A stretch of 45,749 nt of DNA from Trypethelium eluteriae (taxonomy: Eukaryota). Below the pieces are notes generated by a model that had not been told where the DNA came from, made no database searches, and worked only from the letters and a program-made list of their open reading frames with translations. Location: assembly GCA_051942245.1 (NCBI GenBank), contig JAVECL010000135.1:1-45749 (forward strand), read 5' to 3'. Below are positions 13,540-26,102 of this stretch, one piece after another. The translations under genes and the position numbers were made by a program. The stretch's first letter is position 1. Each line of letters starts with the position of its first letter.

Positions 13540-14778
13540 ATGAGCAAGTTCTCGAGCATCGGTAACCTCGCGGTATTATGCGCCATCTTTCTTTCTGTCG
13601 TCCAGTGTGCACTGCATACCAGTGGCAGATGGATCGTTGACTCCAGTGGTGCACGTGTTAAGCTCCGCTGTGTCAACTGGGCTGGTCATATGGAGACACA
13701 CATCCCTGAAGGTCTCCAGCACCAATCTGTCTCTACCATTGCTTCCTTCATTGCCAACAGTGGCTTTAATTGTGTTCGACTTACCTACTCGATTGATATG
13801 GCCCTAGATACAAGTCAAAAGGTGTCTGATTCCTTCGCTGCTGCTGCTGGGCTGGCGGGCGTAAGCTCCTCTGATATGGAGGCTCTGTATCAAGAGGCTG
13901 TTTCCAAGAACTCTTTCATAGCTTCTGCAACTACACTCGGCGTCTTCGGTACAGTCATTGACGCACTTTCAAGCAAAGGGGTCTATACCATCCTCGATAA
14001 TCAGGTTTCGAAAGCATCGTGGTGTTGCTCAGGTACCGATGGCAATGGATGGTGGGACGCTGCCTCTGGATACAATGCGGATTATTCTCGCTATTTCAAC
14101 ACGCAGAATTGGCTTAAGGGCCTCTCCGCTATGGCATCATTCAGCAACTCACATACAGGCGTGGTCGGGATGTCTATTCGCAACGAACTCCGTGCGGCAA
14201 GTAACCAAGACCAAAACAACCATGCTGACTGGTACAAATACGTGGGACAAGGCGCTGAAGCTATTCACAGCGCCAATTCGAATCTACTAATCATGATTGG
14301 AGGCATCAGCTACGACACTGACCTTAGTTTTATTTACAACAAGAACCTTGATACTTTCACCAGCATTCCCAATCGTATCGTCTGGGAGATACATGCCTAT
14401 AGTTGGTCAGGTTATGGAAGTACTTGCAGCGATATTGAGAGCTCTCTTGGGAATAAAGCTGGGTATCTCATCGCTGAAGGGAAGTCATACACAGCGCCTC
14501 TCTGGATGAGTGAGTTCGGAGTTGGATGGTCCGGTGGTAACGTGGACGGTGGCTTGACGAGCAGTGATGACTCTTTCCTGAAATGTATAGTGTCATACAT
14601 GTCAGGTAATGATGCAGACTGGGCATTGTGGGCATTGCAGGGCGACTACTATGTTCGACAAGGACAGGTTAGCTTTGAGGAGACGTTCGGTATTCTGAAA
14701 AAAGACTGGTCTGGTTTGAGAAATTCTGAGACACTTACGCTGCTTGGAAACATGCTCAAGGTCTCACAGGGTCCTTGA
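13540..14778 (+). CDS. Secreted glycoside hydrolase family 5 (GH5_11-like), intronless
   Basis: Signal peptide MSKFSSIGNLAVLCAIFLSVVQC; GRWIVDSSGARVKLRCVNW; FNCVRLTY; acid/base motif RNELR; EIHAY; nucleophile motif WMSEFG; WALWALQG. Confidence 0.9.
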   Translation: MSKFSSIGNLAVLCAIFLSVVQCALHTSGRWIVDSSGARVKLRCVNWAGHMETHIPEGLQHQSVSTIASFIANSGFNCVRLTYSIDMALDTSQKVSDSFAAAAGLAGVSSSDMEALYQEAVSKNSFIASATTLGVFGTVIDALSSKGVYTILDNQVSKASWCCSGTDGNGWWDAASGYNADYSRYFNTQNWLKGLSAMASFSNSHTGVVGMSIRNELRAASNQDQNNHADWYKYVGQGAEAIHSANSNLLIMIGGISYDTDLSFIYNKNLDTFTSIPNRIVWEIHAYSWSGYGSTCSDIESSLGNKAGYLIAEGKSYTAPLWMSEFGVGWSGGNVDGGLTSSDDSFLKCIVSYMSGNDADWALWALQGDYYVRQGQVSFEETFGILKKDWSGLRNSETLTLLGNMLKVSQGP

Positions 14779-15825
14779 GATTTCGGACTGTGATTTCCAA
14801 TTCCGACCCGCAAAGGTTCTGTTCGCTCAGGTTAGCATGTATGTAGGGCCTCTATTTGGTGTGTCAGATTTCTCTTTCAACTCAAGACCGAGATGAGAGA
14901 TGTACCTCCTTAGTCTTCAAGTCAGTCTTCAGTAAAGCCGACAAGTCGAGTTTCCTCCAGTTTTCTTCCAACATCTGACCAAATAGATGGACAGGCAGGA
15001 TGCTTATATAGCCTCTTCCGATTTAGAAGGCCTACAAGCCGTCGAAATCGGAACACCAACTATCAGACATTACTTCTGGTGGAGCTTGCCCCTATGATGA
15101 GCAATTTTCTGCAGGAAACTTTCATGCTAGGAGTGAGTAACGCAGCAAACTAACTTCGTTCTCGTCAATTCCTGGCTTTGTTACGGTAGGGTTTCAGTCT
15201 TTTCCAAGCGAGCTCAGCATCACCTTCTTCGCGCTAGAGCCTTGAACTAAATCTGGAGGGATTGAGAACACCACCAGATCCGATTTCCTAAAATATGGCT
15301 GCTTTTGCACTTTGACCCAAATTTGAAGTCTTGCTGGTGAATCTGAAACGTCAAACCCTTGAAAAATGGCCACAAATACTACAGTGAGCGACTGGTCTCT
15401 GTTGGGGATTTTCTGTTTGAATAGCTCTGGAGATTTGCGCGAAAATATGACGTCAAGGTTTTCACTGCAGCTTGTGATAGTTTGATATTCTCGCTCTGGT
15501 ACTCCGTAGAGGGCCCTGAATAGGAGGGAGGTACCTTGTCCTCGTCTCATCCGCCGTCCCCGGTCAATCCACACGTTTTCGGACCTGCACGTCTCCGCAT
15601 TTGATGCTGAAAGTGCCGTTTCGTAGCACATCGCAATGCCCACTTTTGCTCGTCTTAAGGCTTCCTCTTTTCCAGTCTTGGCGGTCGCTGAGTTTCCTCC
15701 GCTTAGATTTGTCTGCAACTCTTCTAAGGTATGATCAGTCTCGATACGCCTCTGAACAATCTTGATAATATCCACGTTATATTTCGTGGCGCTAGCTTTG
15801 ATATCTTTGGTGAAAACAAGACATT

Positions 15826-17034
15826 ATGGCACCTCCATTCCACGCCGAACAGATCGGCTCTTTGTTGCGTCCTGCCGAGCTCGCCGAAACCCGGAAAAAT
15901 CTCTCTTCAAATCTGGCTCACAGTAGAATCCCACAAGAAGCTAAAACCAGCTACGAGAAGCTCGAAAGGCAATGTATCGCCGACGCCGTCCATGAGCAGC
16001 TCACCCGCAAGATCCGCCCTATAACGGACGGGGAATACGGTCGTACCCTCTTCTACGATGGCCTTTTCGAAAAGACGCCGGGTTTCGCGGTTCGCAACAT
16101 CCAGTGGGATCAGCTACGCACCAGTTTCCCCACCACCAAGGGCTACCTAAAACTCCAGTACAGTAAGCGCACGGTCGTCATCGCGACGGCAAAGATTAAG
16201 TATGGCGGGAGCGCCTACATGAGTGAGTGGTTGTATCTGCGTAGTCTGATACCCATGGAGAATTGGACGGAGTGTAAACTCACAATGCCATCACCGACTT
16301 GGATCCACATGCAAATGAAGCCCGGCACGGCCTATGATCCCGAGTCTGGGTATACCTCTGATGCAGCATATTTCGCGGATTTGGCAGAAGTGTTTCGCAG
16401 AGAGCTCCGGACACTGCATGAGGCAGGACTGCATAACGTACAGATTGACGATCCCCAATTGACATATTTCTGTGACGAGGAGTTCCTTGCAGGCTGCCGC
16501 GCCGATGGGCAGGATCCGGACGAACTGCTTGATATGTATATCAAGGCACACAATGACTGTCTCAAAGATAAGCCAGAGAGTATGCACGTTGGTGTCCATT
16601 TGTGTCGCGGGAATGCTCCACAAGGCATGTACTTCAGTAGCGGCAGCTACGAGAATATAGCTAAGAAACTATTCAACGAGCTCGCGTATGATACATTCTA
16701 TCTCGAGTATGACACCGAGCGCGCGGGAAACTTCGGACCGCTTCGCTTCCTTCCGCCAAGCAAGAATGTAGTGCTAGGAGTCGTGACAACTAAGACAGCG
16801 GAGATGGAAGATTTGTGGATTTTGAAAGAAAGGGTGGAGGAAGCCGTCTCAACGATCGCGAAGGGTCAGGGGACGAGCAGAGAAGAGGTAATGAAGAGTG
16901 TTGGAGTAAGTCCGCAGTGTGGATTCAGTAGTTCAAGTCATGGTGGTGGCGTTGGGATGGATAAGGAAAAGATGTGGGAGAAGCTGGAGTTGGTGCGTGA
17001 TCTCGCAAAAAAGATCTGGGGGAATGAGGTCTAG
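15826..17034 (+). CDS. Cobalamin-independent methionine synthase II family protein (MetE C-terminal barrel only, YxjH/YxjG-like), intronless
   Basis: AEQIGSLLRP, ITDGEY, VQIDDP; Zn ligands in HLCRGN, LEYD and SPQCGFSS; 402 aa with no N-terminal MetE half. Confidence 0.9.
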   Translation: MAPPFHAEQIGSLLRPAELAETRKNLSSNLAHSRIPQEAKTSYEKLERQCIADAVHEQLTRKIRPITDGEYGRTLFYDGLFEKTPGFAVRNIQWDQLRTSFPTTKGYLKLQYSKRTVVIATAKIKYGGSAYMSEWLYLRSLIPMENWTECKLTMPSPTWIHMQMKPGTAYDPESGYTSDAAYFADLAEVFRRELRTLHEAGLHNVQIDDPQLTYFCDEEFLAGCRADGQDPDELLDMYIKAHNDCLKDKPESMHVGVHLCRGNAPQGMYFSSGSYENIAKKLFNELAYDTFYLEYDTERAGNFGPLRFLPPSKNVVLGVVTTKTAEMEDLWILKERVEEAVSTIAKGQGTSREEVMKSVGVSPQCGFSSSSHGGGVGMDKEKMWEKLELVRDLAKKIWGNEV

Positions 17035-17136
17035 AGAGGTGAAAGTACGAGAGAAATCGCTGCTTAGAAGGACTTGGCTGGATATTGGTCAAAAGTGCTG
17101 TTTTCATATAGGTCGTTTCTCGCCGGCTACTTCCAC

Positions 17137-17801
17137 TCAATGAGCCGTGGCAGTATCCGCAACCACACCATCTCTCGCTCTGAGATAATCTCTCCTGTAC
17201 TGATTATCATCCGTTCCTGTGTCCCTGTTCAACGGTGTCCACTTGGGCTCGTCCTTGAACAATCTCATAGCCTTGGTATACTGCAGCGTTCATCAGCATT
17301 CTCCACTATCGCTGCATTGCATGGAAGAAGTATACATTCTGCTCATCGCTCGTAAAACGGTGATAGATGCCACTAGGCAATACTATCAGATCCCCTTTCT
17401 CCAACCTCAATCTGACCCATTCGTCGGCCTCACTCCTGACATCGAAATAGCCGGCGCCGTCCAGAATGTACCGGATCTCCTCGTCCTCATGTAAGTGCTC
17501 GTTGAAGAACATCTTCACCTTGCTTTCATAGGCGTCACCCATGGTTGCAGGCGAGACACAGATGGTGTCACGGTTTTTATAGTTGCGCTCCCAAGCGAGG
17601 GCATCCACGCTGGTGGGGTCGTCGACTTCGGGAAAAGACTGATAAAGGACACCAAGCTTGGAGAGATAGGATGGGTCGACGGAGCGTCCAGAGTCATGGG
17701 GGAGACGCTGGTCACCCTGACATGGGGGTCAGAAGAGTTTTGTAAGACAAAGACAGGGAGGTAAGACTCACTGGTTCATTGTCGTACCAGTAGGCCTTCA
17801 T
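17137..17801 (-). CDS. adi1: Acireductone dioxygenase (methionine salvage pathway); 3 exons
   Basis: [86 protein letters not shown]. Introns 17717-17771 and 17281-17335. Confidence 0.95.
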
Positions 17802-20054
17802 GTTGGTTTTGGGGTAAAATTCTTAATCAAAAAGATTGTTGCTTGAGGGTTGAGTTGATAAGTGAGGTGTCAAAGCACAGGAAGCGTAATAAAATCGGAT
17901 ATGACCCAATTTTCTTCTGTTGAGGTTCTCCCGGTATGAGGTGGGTAGCAGTACGTGTAGAGTAGATTGCGGGCGGAGGGCATTCAGCGATGACGTGAAC
18001 AGGTAGAGTACCGTACTCTGCACATTCTTCGGTGCTTCCTTCAGCCTCGCGCTAGCCATCGTCAGCAAGACTGCCTATAGAGTTAGTCCCGCAAAGGTTA
18101 CTCGATTCAGCAGATCTTGCGATCTTAATACCTATCTTAGCAGCTTACTAGCTCGAGACTGATCTCATTCAATTTTCCTGCTTGCTATTGGCAGTGAATG
18201 CCACGTGCCAGTACGAGGAAATGGCAGAAGATTTAATCTCACATGCGACTTCATCGGTCAAAGGATGTGCCTGTATGCTTCTGCCCTCAATGTTGCGTTC
18301 TGCCACTTGATAAAACCTCTGGGAGGACCATTTTCCGCCACAGGTGGCTGTCGGTCCCTTCAAACCTTCAAACACTAACTTGTATTATGTAAACTATATA
18401 CACAATCTACTGAGGCCCATGGGATGGTGATCCTTCTCTGGGTCGTCTAGACTTCTGATCTTCGAAAGCTTTTCCATATCATCAATCTTCATAGCTTTGA
18501 GAGTGCCTCGTAGATACACAGCGTGCTTTGAAGGTCTAATCGTAATGGAATGCGCCTAACACAACAATAGCTTTCTAACCATAGGCCTCGTATGTCAATC
18601 TTCGATTTCTGTCTCATAGATTGTATGGAATGCAGTAGCCACTTGATGGTATCGTTAGCACCATTGCGAGACATAAACTACCAGAAAGTACACTTTGTGG
18701 TAGCCGATACGCCAAGCTTATATGGACCATGGGTCAAAAGAATTTGAGACACCATGATCTCCTCTAACAGGCTGGATTCTACTGTAATAACAATCCTCTT
18801 CGATAAGAGATATCGCATTCCACTATGGAGCGAGATTGTGAGAACACAGGTGAAGTAGAGACGTACGCGGAAGAAAAGGTGCAAATGAGAATGACGAGGC
18901 TCTGCCACGACGACGGCTTCTTGGAAGCGTGATACACGAAGATCCTCAAGTCTTGCTTTTGCGTAGCGTTATATCCTGCTTTTCTCGTGTGTCGATGTCA
19001 TTGTTGATAAGATTCTATCGGGATCTCTCCGATGGTGGACTCCAACACAACTGAGAATCCCATTCTAATTTTCGGTGCTATCATAATTCGGCAACAAAAA
19101 CTTCCAAGCCTTCTGTGAATGAAGAAGCCTGTCTGAGTAAGCGTCAATGAACTGGCGTCATTCAGCCTTTGGCGAACCTTCTGCGTGATGAATCTACTAC
19201 TATTTTCTGCCAATCGTTTCGACGCATCTATGACCTCATTGTAACAATCACGTAGCGCCTCTGTAGGAGACCTTCACCTGTGCTTCATACAGTGTGGTAG
19301 ATCTGACAAGATAGTTGACGGGTTGAACGAATCGCAATCGTGGCCTGCATTATTGTGTTTCTGCAGAAGAAGAATAAAGTAAAGTGAAAGCGACATGGGA
19401 AGAGGTAGAACGAAAAGGACAATAACACTATTGATCCGGAATGTCATCCGTTGCTCGCATTAATGGAAACGTCGAATGGAAGTCTTGGATAACCCATCAT
19501 CTCGAATACTAAGATCCTATCGTGATGGATTTGGGCAGGACACTCAATGCACCTCCAAGAGCAAGGGTAAGAATAGTTAGTGCACGGACCCAAGTATCTG
19601 CTCATCTCAGTTCTCATCAGGTTCACGGCTTCCGTAGTGTAAAGAAGATACTTAAAGTTTACAGGCACCAGCCTCGGTTATACGAAATCAAGTCACAATT
19701 GGAGATGGTGGGACGGCGTTGGCGGCGGAAGCCAGATAAGTCCCCTTTGACAAAATGGATTCTGTCGTTGATGTGGCCGACTTTGACGATTACTGTCCTG
19801 AGTTGAGACACGAAAGCACAAGAGCCTGGAGCGGCGTTTAACGTTTGTCTTCGGACGCGTGAACAATGACGCCCGACATACCACGTCCGTTGGTTGTTAG
19901 GTCGTGTAACGTGGCATCCGTCTTCTCGTAATAGGTTGAGTTCGCGTCATACTCGAGGTCGTGGTATTCACAACGAGCTTGTGACAGATCCTCTCACTAT
20001 TGAGTAATTTGGGGGACGTATTTGAGCGATCAGTCGCTAGCTTGCAGATGATGC

Positions 20055-20776
20055 TCAGTCCCAGTCATCGTCGCTACCTTCCTCTGAGGCTCTCCTTTCC
20101 ACTCTCTTTCGACCATTCTTGAGGTTGATGTTATCCGCCTTGTTCATTTTTGCCCGAACAAGCACACCTGAACTCAGTAATCGAAGTTCAAGGTCCTCCA
20201 ATGTAAATGAATCACCACGTCCGAGTCCCTCAAAGCCAGTGATACGATCCGTACTAATGCCATCGATAAAGGCAATGACGCATGGGAGTATCTGTACCCT
20301 CAACTTGGTGACCAAAAAGGGAGCGTTGTCAACGTTGATGCGCAAAAAGCGGGTGTCAAAGTGTTTTGACGCAAGTGTCTGGATAGAGACTTAGATGAGG
20401 AGGGTTTCTCGACACTTGCCACAGGCTGATAGCTTTGGAATCTTGTGTAGACCCCTTCACTGACCTCTAGCTTAGAATCCATAACTCTACACCTCCCGAA
20501 ATCAGGCTTGAAGAAGTGCACCACACATAGGTTGGTCGATGTGGTGATGTCCATCAATTCCTTCTCCTCGTTGATCTCGACATAGCTCCCCCCACCCTGA
20601 TCGCGCATAGATTTGGCACGCGCAAACTCGGCATGTAGCTGTTGAAGACGTTGTTCGCGAAAGGCGTCGATCGTATCGTCTTCCTCTAAGGAAGCGATAA
20701 GGATATCCTCATCATCACCAGTAGTAGAAGGATGATTGTCGAGAGCGGAGGCCACGGTAGGATGAAGGTTAGACAT
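20055..20776 (-). CDS. Phosducin-like thioredoxin-fold protein (Plp1/TXNDC9 family); 2 exons
   Basis: FREQRLQQLHAEF, CVVHFFKPDFGRCRVMD, intron 20379-20464, RINVDNAPFLVTKLRVQILPCVIAFIDG..DRITGFEGLG. Confidence 0.9.
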
Positions 20777-21526
20777 GATGCGATGTATTCTGAGAGATTC
20801 GTAATTGGTGGAGTCAGGGTAGAGATAAAATTCAACGATGTGGGGCGATTCTGATAATTTCTGGGAAGGCAAGTACTATAACGGCCGCTAAAGAACATGC
20901 CGAAGCCTGGAGTGACGGATCATCTTCACGTGCCTTCGTAGAAAATGCTCTGGACACTGTTTATCCCTATGGAAACTACAGTAAAAGGAAGTGTATCATT
21001 GCAGAAAAGAGGTAGATCGCTCACGACGTAAAGAAGATGCGGATGTCTACTCTACCTATCCATTCTACTCCGTACACGGGGGGAGCTGAGCAAATAGTCC
21101 ATTGTCCACGACCTCCCCAAACCCCTGCAGCATCCTGATAAGACCTGATCAAACCGAGGCACTACGTACCCGTAAGTCTAGGTTAATAATAAGTAGGTAG
21201 TTGTCCTGCGAGCAAGTACCACCAGTACGGAGTATTTCATGAGGCCATTGGATCCACCCCAAACGCGCAACTTCCCAGTTTTATCCCATACATTATCCTG
21301 AATCGAGCTTCTCGAAAGCTTCTCGCGCTCGCATGCATCCCACATAGCCCGTGCAACTTCTCACTGAGCCTGAGGCAGTTCTCGTTCATTGGCGCTGGTG
21401 GACACGTCGCGCAAACGAGCTGCGGGCCCCTGGCAGCTTTTTGACCTCCGATTCCTACTTACCCTCTACCCATATCGCATCAAAGGCTTTCACGCGCAAC
21501 TTACATCCTCACTGCGGTCGCCCATC

Positions 21527-23006
21527 ATGGCCGACGAGAAGAAGCGGGACGAATACAATATCTCTATTGAGATGACTAACCAACCCGGTTCGCGTAGCAG
21601 GTCTCCCATGCCCTCCCGATTCTCACCCACCCCTTTCTCACCTAAACGACCGAGTTCCTCGTCCTCAATGTTCAACAAGCCGGTACCTTCGAATACCATG
21701 TCATCCCACCGGAGTACATTAGACCAACCGATTGTACCAATCTTGGCATATTGTGGGAGCAGTATTTTGATGACCGTCACGAACAAATATGTCTTAAGCG
21801 GGATAGATTTCAACTTGAACTTCTTCCTGTTATGCGTACAGGTGAGCAACCTCCGACCCCTGCAAAGACAAGACGTGACAGCCGTGGATCATGCGAACAT
21901 ACTTTCTGGAAAATAAGCCCTGTCTCGCCCGCATGGAATCGATCAGTATAAGGCTAATTTGGAAGGGTACCAACAGAGCGTGGTCTGTATCATTGCCATC
22001 CAAAGTTGCAAGTCCATGGGTATCATCACATATCGCGATTTCAATACGGACGAAGCGAAGAAATGGTTCCCAATCTCCCTCCTCCTCATCGGCATGATCT
22101 ATACCTCTACCAAGGCCATCCAATATCTCTCCATCCCTGTCTACACTATTTTCAAGAACTTGACTATTATCCTGATCGCCTATGGGGAAGTACTTTGGTT
22201 TGGCGGCTCGGTTACCTCGATGGCTCTCTTCAGCTTCGGGCTCATGGTTCTAAGCAGTGTGATTGCAGCTTGGGCGGATATTCAACATGCCCTGAAGGAG
22301 AGCTACGGCGGTGCTCTTGGTCTGGGTCATGGGACTGAGGCAGCTAGCGTAGGAAGTGCTGGAGACGCCGTGGCGGCAGCGAAAATCAGCACCTTGAATG
22401 CGGGATACGTATGGATGCTGGTCAACTGCCTCTGCACCGCCACCTACATCCTGAGCATGCGAAAACGAATTAAGCTGACCAACTTCAAGGATTTTGACAG
22501 TAAGCTAACCCATTATGTTCTGAGAGATAAAACCGACTAACTCATCTACAGCCATGTTCTACAACAACCTTCTCTCCATCCCTGTCCTCGTTGCCTGCTC
22601 TCTCTTCCTGGAATCATGGACCACCAGTAATCTGGAACTCAACTTCCCTGCTGCCCACCGTGGCCCCATAGTTGCCTCCATGATCCTCTCAGGCCTCTCC
22701 TCCCTCTTCATCTCTTACACCTCAGCATGGTGTGTTCGTGTCACGTCCTCTACCACCTACAGCATGGTCGGCGCTCTCAATAAACTCCCTATCGCCCTTT
22801 CTGGTCTTGTCTTCTTCGACACGCCTGTCACCGTTGGGAGCGTAGGTGCGATTGGGGTAGGGTTTGTGAGTGGCATCGTGTTTGCTGTGGCGAAGATGCG
22901 GCAGGGGAAAGGGACCCAAGGAGGCTCGGCGCAGGGGACGAGCAAGCCGATCTTGCCAACGGTGTCGGCATCAAGCCAGAGTATGCGAGATTCTTTGAAG
23001 TCGTGA
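21527..23006 (+). CDS. VRG4: Golgi GDP-mannose transporter; 3 exons
   Basis: [67 protein letters not shown] (GALNK motif). Introns 21842-21976 and 22500-22551. Confidence 0.95.
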
Positions 23007-24359
23007 GAAGGGGGCGGCGTTTTCTGTGGGTAGTACCAGGTAATAGAATTAAATTCGGGTGGTGTTACGGAAAGCGTGAGCCGCAGGAATGTGGAGATTG
23101 ACTTCTGTACAGGAGTTGCAGTCTCAGAATAAGACTTGTGGTCCTTCTGCATCCCTTGCATAGAGGAAAAGCTAGATCTTGGCCGGCACCACCGTTGCGT
23201 TAACCGCAGCGGTGCTAGGCTGTTGGACACATTGATGAGGGTGGTGTTTCGGAGCTAGTCTGACGTCTGGATTCATTGTGGGAGAACTCGCTAAGGTGGC
23301 GATTCTTGTATATAATATCACGTCACACTCAACCAGCTTTCGTCTAGCAGAGCGTTCGAAAAACGTAAGGTATCTTAGAATGAACTTTTCGCATAAGGGC
23401 AGCAAATTTACGAGTTCTATCTCCTAAGATGGGTTGGAAGCAAGATGCTATCAAGTCCAACTATGAAATTGGAGGTAATCGATTATTTGATCTCATATCC
23501 CAAACCAACCTTGGACGACCTGCTCATTCCCAAGCTATTTGCAAATATCGCTCAACGGCATTAGATATGCTGGAGTCTGAAGCTTGCTCGGTCCTTGATC
23601 AGCGGAATTAACATGATAGTAAATTTGGATCATCTTTGGTATTCAAAAAATCTTATCAACAGCCAGATTCAGCGTTCATACATGTTTCCTAAGTGGTCCC
23701 CACGAGCTACGCACTTTTCAGTGAGGTCTTTCGGATCTTGTCTGGATGTCTGGATGCGCGCTTGGGCTGGAAGGGGGTTGCGGGCAGGGAATGGAGCGGT
23801 TTGTAGAGACATAGTCATATATTAAGAAGGCTTCGATAGGTAATCCAGTTCTCCTAATCAAGACATGAACAGTTTATTGAGCTTAGTAAACACCCATTGC
23901 TGATTTTTTACTAGAGTCCAGGATGATACGTAAAAGGCTGGATGGCAGTATGACGGGTGATAATGTCTCCCAAGCAGGCAATGTTCGGGCGAAAAGGACA
24001 GCCGAAGTGGAATGCCCTGAATCAACAATATTGGTTATCCGATATTTCAATGTGTAGTAGACACTCAAAATGGAGAGATGGAAGCACTGTATTTGCTATC
24101 TACAATAGCAAGCGAGCGCTAGTTGGAAACGCAAAGCTCCCAATGGAGAGGCTAAAGAGATTCTAAGGTGGAAGGGTTAACATGCGGTGAGAAAAGGCAG
24201 TGTCCATTGCCAAATGATTTCAACCGCCAACGCCGTGTTCTGCTACCATGAAAGAGACATGGTTCTCATTTCGCAGAAACCAGTGCCAGGAGACCAGAGC
24301 TGCGCATTGCAAAGATTCGACCGCACTCGTAGTGACGTTCGTCCGATTCGCTGTCGAGC

Positions 24360-25032
24360 TTAACGGCTGCGGAAAACGTTAGTGAGTTATGAAGCGCGAA
24401 AGGTACGATTTGGATGCAGGTTTGGTAACTTACTCTTCAGCCCACTCATTCTCACGACGGATTTGATCTTCCTCATCGGGAGTGAAGTCGTTCTGGATGT
24501 TGAATGTCTTGCGGATCTCTTCCGGTGATTTGCCCTTGATCATATTCGCGACAGTCTTGCAGCCAACATCGAGAAGTGCCTTGATGTCGAGATAATTGGC
24601 GGCTAGAATAATTTCGAAGAGCATCTCTTGGTCCACCTGCATGAACTTCTGATCCCACTCGTCAATATCCGTCGTCTTCTTCCGCGAGTCCGAATCGTCT
24701 TCGTTGGTGGCAGGAGGGTCCTTCTTGTGCTGTTCACACCACTCGAGAACCTTCTTCAATACCGCCTCATTGACCTGCAGAAAGACTGTTAGCGATCGTA
24801 GTATTGAGGGAGCGGGAGAGGGATACTCACATTGAGGATAGGAATGGGTTCGCCAGTATCACCCAGGTCTTCTAGCAGGTTCCTGATGAGAACAGAGCGG
24901 GTGGCAACTTCCTTGTCTAGCAAACGGTCAGCAAGCACGATAACATGTAGATTTGGGGAGGAATTACTAACCAACTGGGATGTCGACACCATCAGAGGAG
25001 TTCAAGATAATGGTTTGTGAAGTGGCAGACAT
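24360..25032 (-). CDS. skp1: SCF ubiquitin ligase subunit Skp1 (SconC/SkpA); 4 exons
   Basis: [75 protein letters not shown]. Introns 24917-24971, 24775-24830, 24367-24433. Confidence 0.96.
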
Positions 25033-26102
25033 GATTGCCGAACCGAAAGAGTTGTGCGAGAGAAGTAGTAAAAAGTGGCTCTGAAGCTGGAGATGATTTG
25101 GTTATTGGAGGCCTGTTAGCTGGAAAGGCGGGGTGGGTTATCTGTAGCGATGTGAAGTCGTGTTTGAGGGTGAAGGTTATGCGCAGAGAAGGGCTACTTT
25201 TATATCGTCGTCAAGCGAGCTAGCTCAAATTAGAGATCTTCCTAGTGACAATGGAAAGTGAGATGTGGAATGGTGAGTGAAGAAGGCAGCAGTCGATGGT
25301 GCTGTCATGTTCGCGCCAAGTCACACCAACTCCGACAACCTGCTGCAGGGGTGGCTCTCGCCAGTTAGGTACCACAGTACTCCGTACCGCACTATGGAGT
25401 ACCTTGTGTTCTAATCGGGACTAGTGCGGCCTCCCCAGCCCTCACATTACTTTGTGACTTTCGAGATACCTCCATTCACTACAGCTAACACCGCCGAAAC
25501 CAAGGACTCAACTCCAAAGAGCACACATTCTTTGTGTACGTACATTGGCTTTACAAAGATCCATCTCTCGTCATTGATGAGATAAAATGAAAATATCCCG
25601 ACTTTCCCTTTGTGACGTGATTGATATTTATTCCCAGATTGGAAATTTCAGTAATATATTCAGTTCAAGGCACAACTTAGATAGTCTGTGGTTGATGCAG
25701 TTGGTAGAATATCTCCTGGTGTAATGGCACCTCCTCCTAATTCAAGCTAATGGGCTTCTATAAATTGTCAATATCAAGTAGCTCAGCTTTGTTGTAAACG
25801 TGGCAAAGATCAACATGCAGATATCTTGCGAACTTTACCTGTAGTCTCCTCTAGCTGATCCAGAGTCGGGAGGCTGATGCACAGAGGTGATACTGGACAA
25901 AACGTTGGCTCTCCAGCCTCCTTCTCTCTTGGAGGTAGGTGCCGTAGCTTAGGTAGGTACCTTTACGAAGTACAGCGCGCGCATCCCGTTTTGCTTGTGA
26001 ATATCAAGTTCGGAGGAAACTCTGTCTAATCTTTATGGCCGTTGCTGAGCATGATGATCATCGCTGAGCCTCACAGGCGACCACTCTGGTCAAAAGCGTA
26101 TA

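Noticed and set aside
21389..21526. Upstream extension of the VRG4 ORF
   Set aside because: TTG start; the ATG at 21527 (MADEKK) fits the usual GDP-mannose transporter N-terminus.
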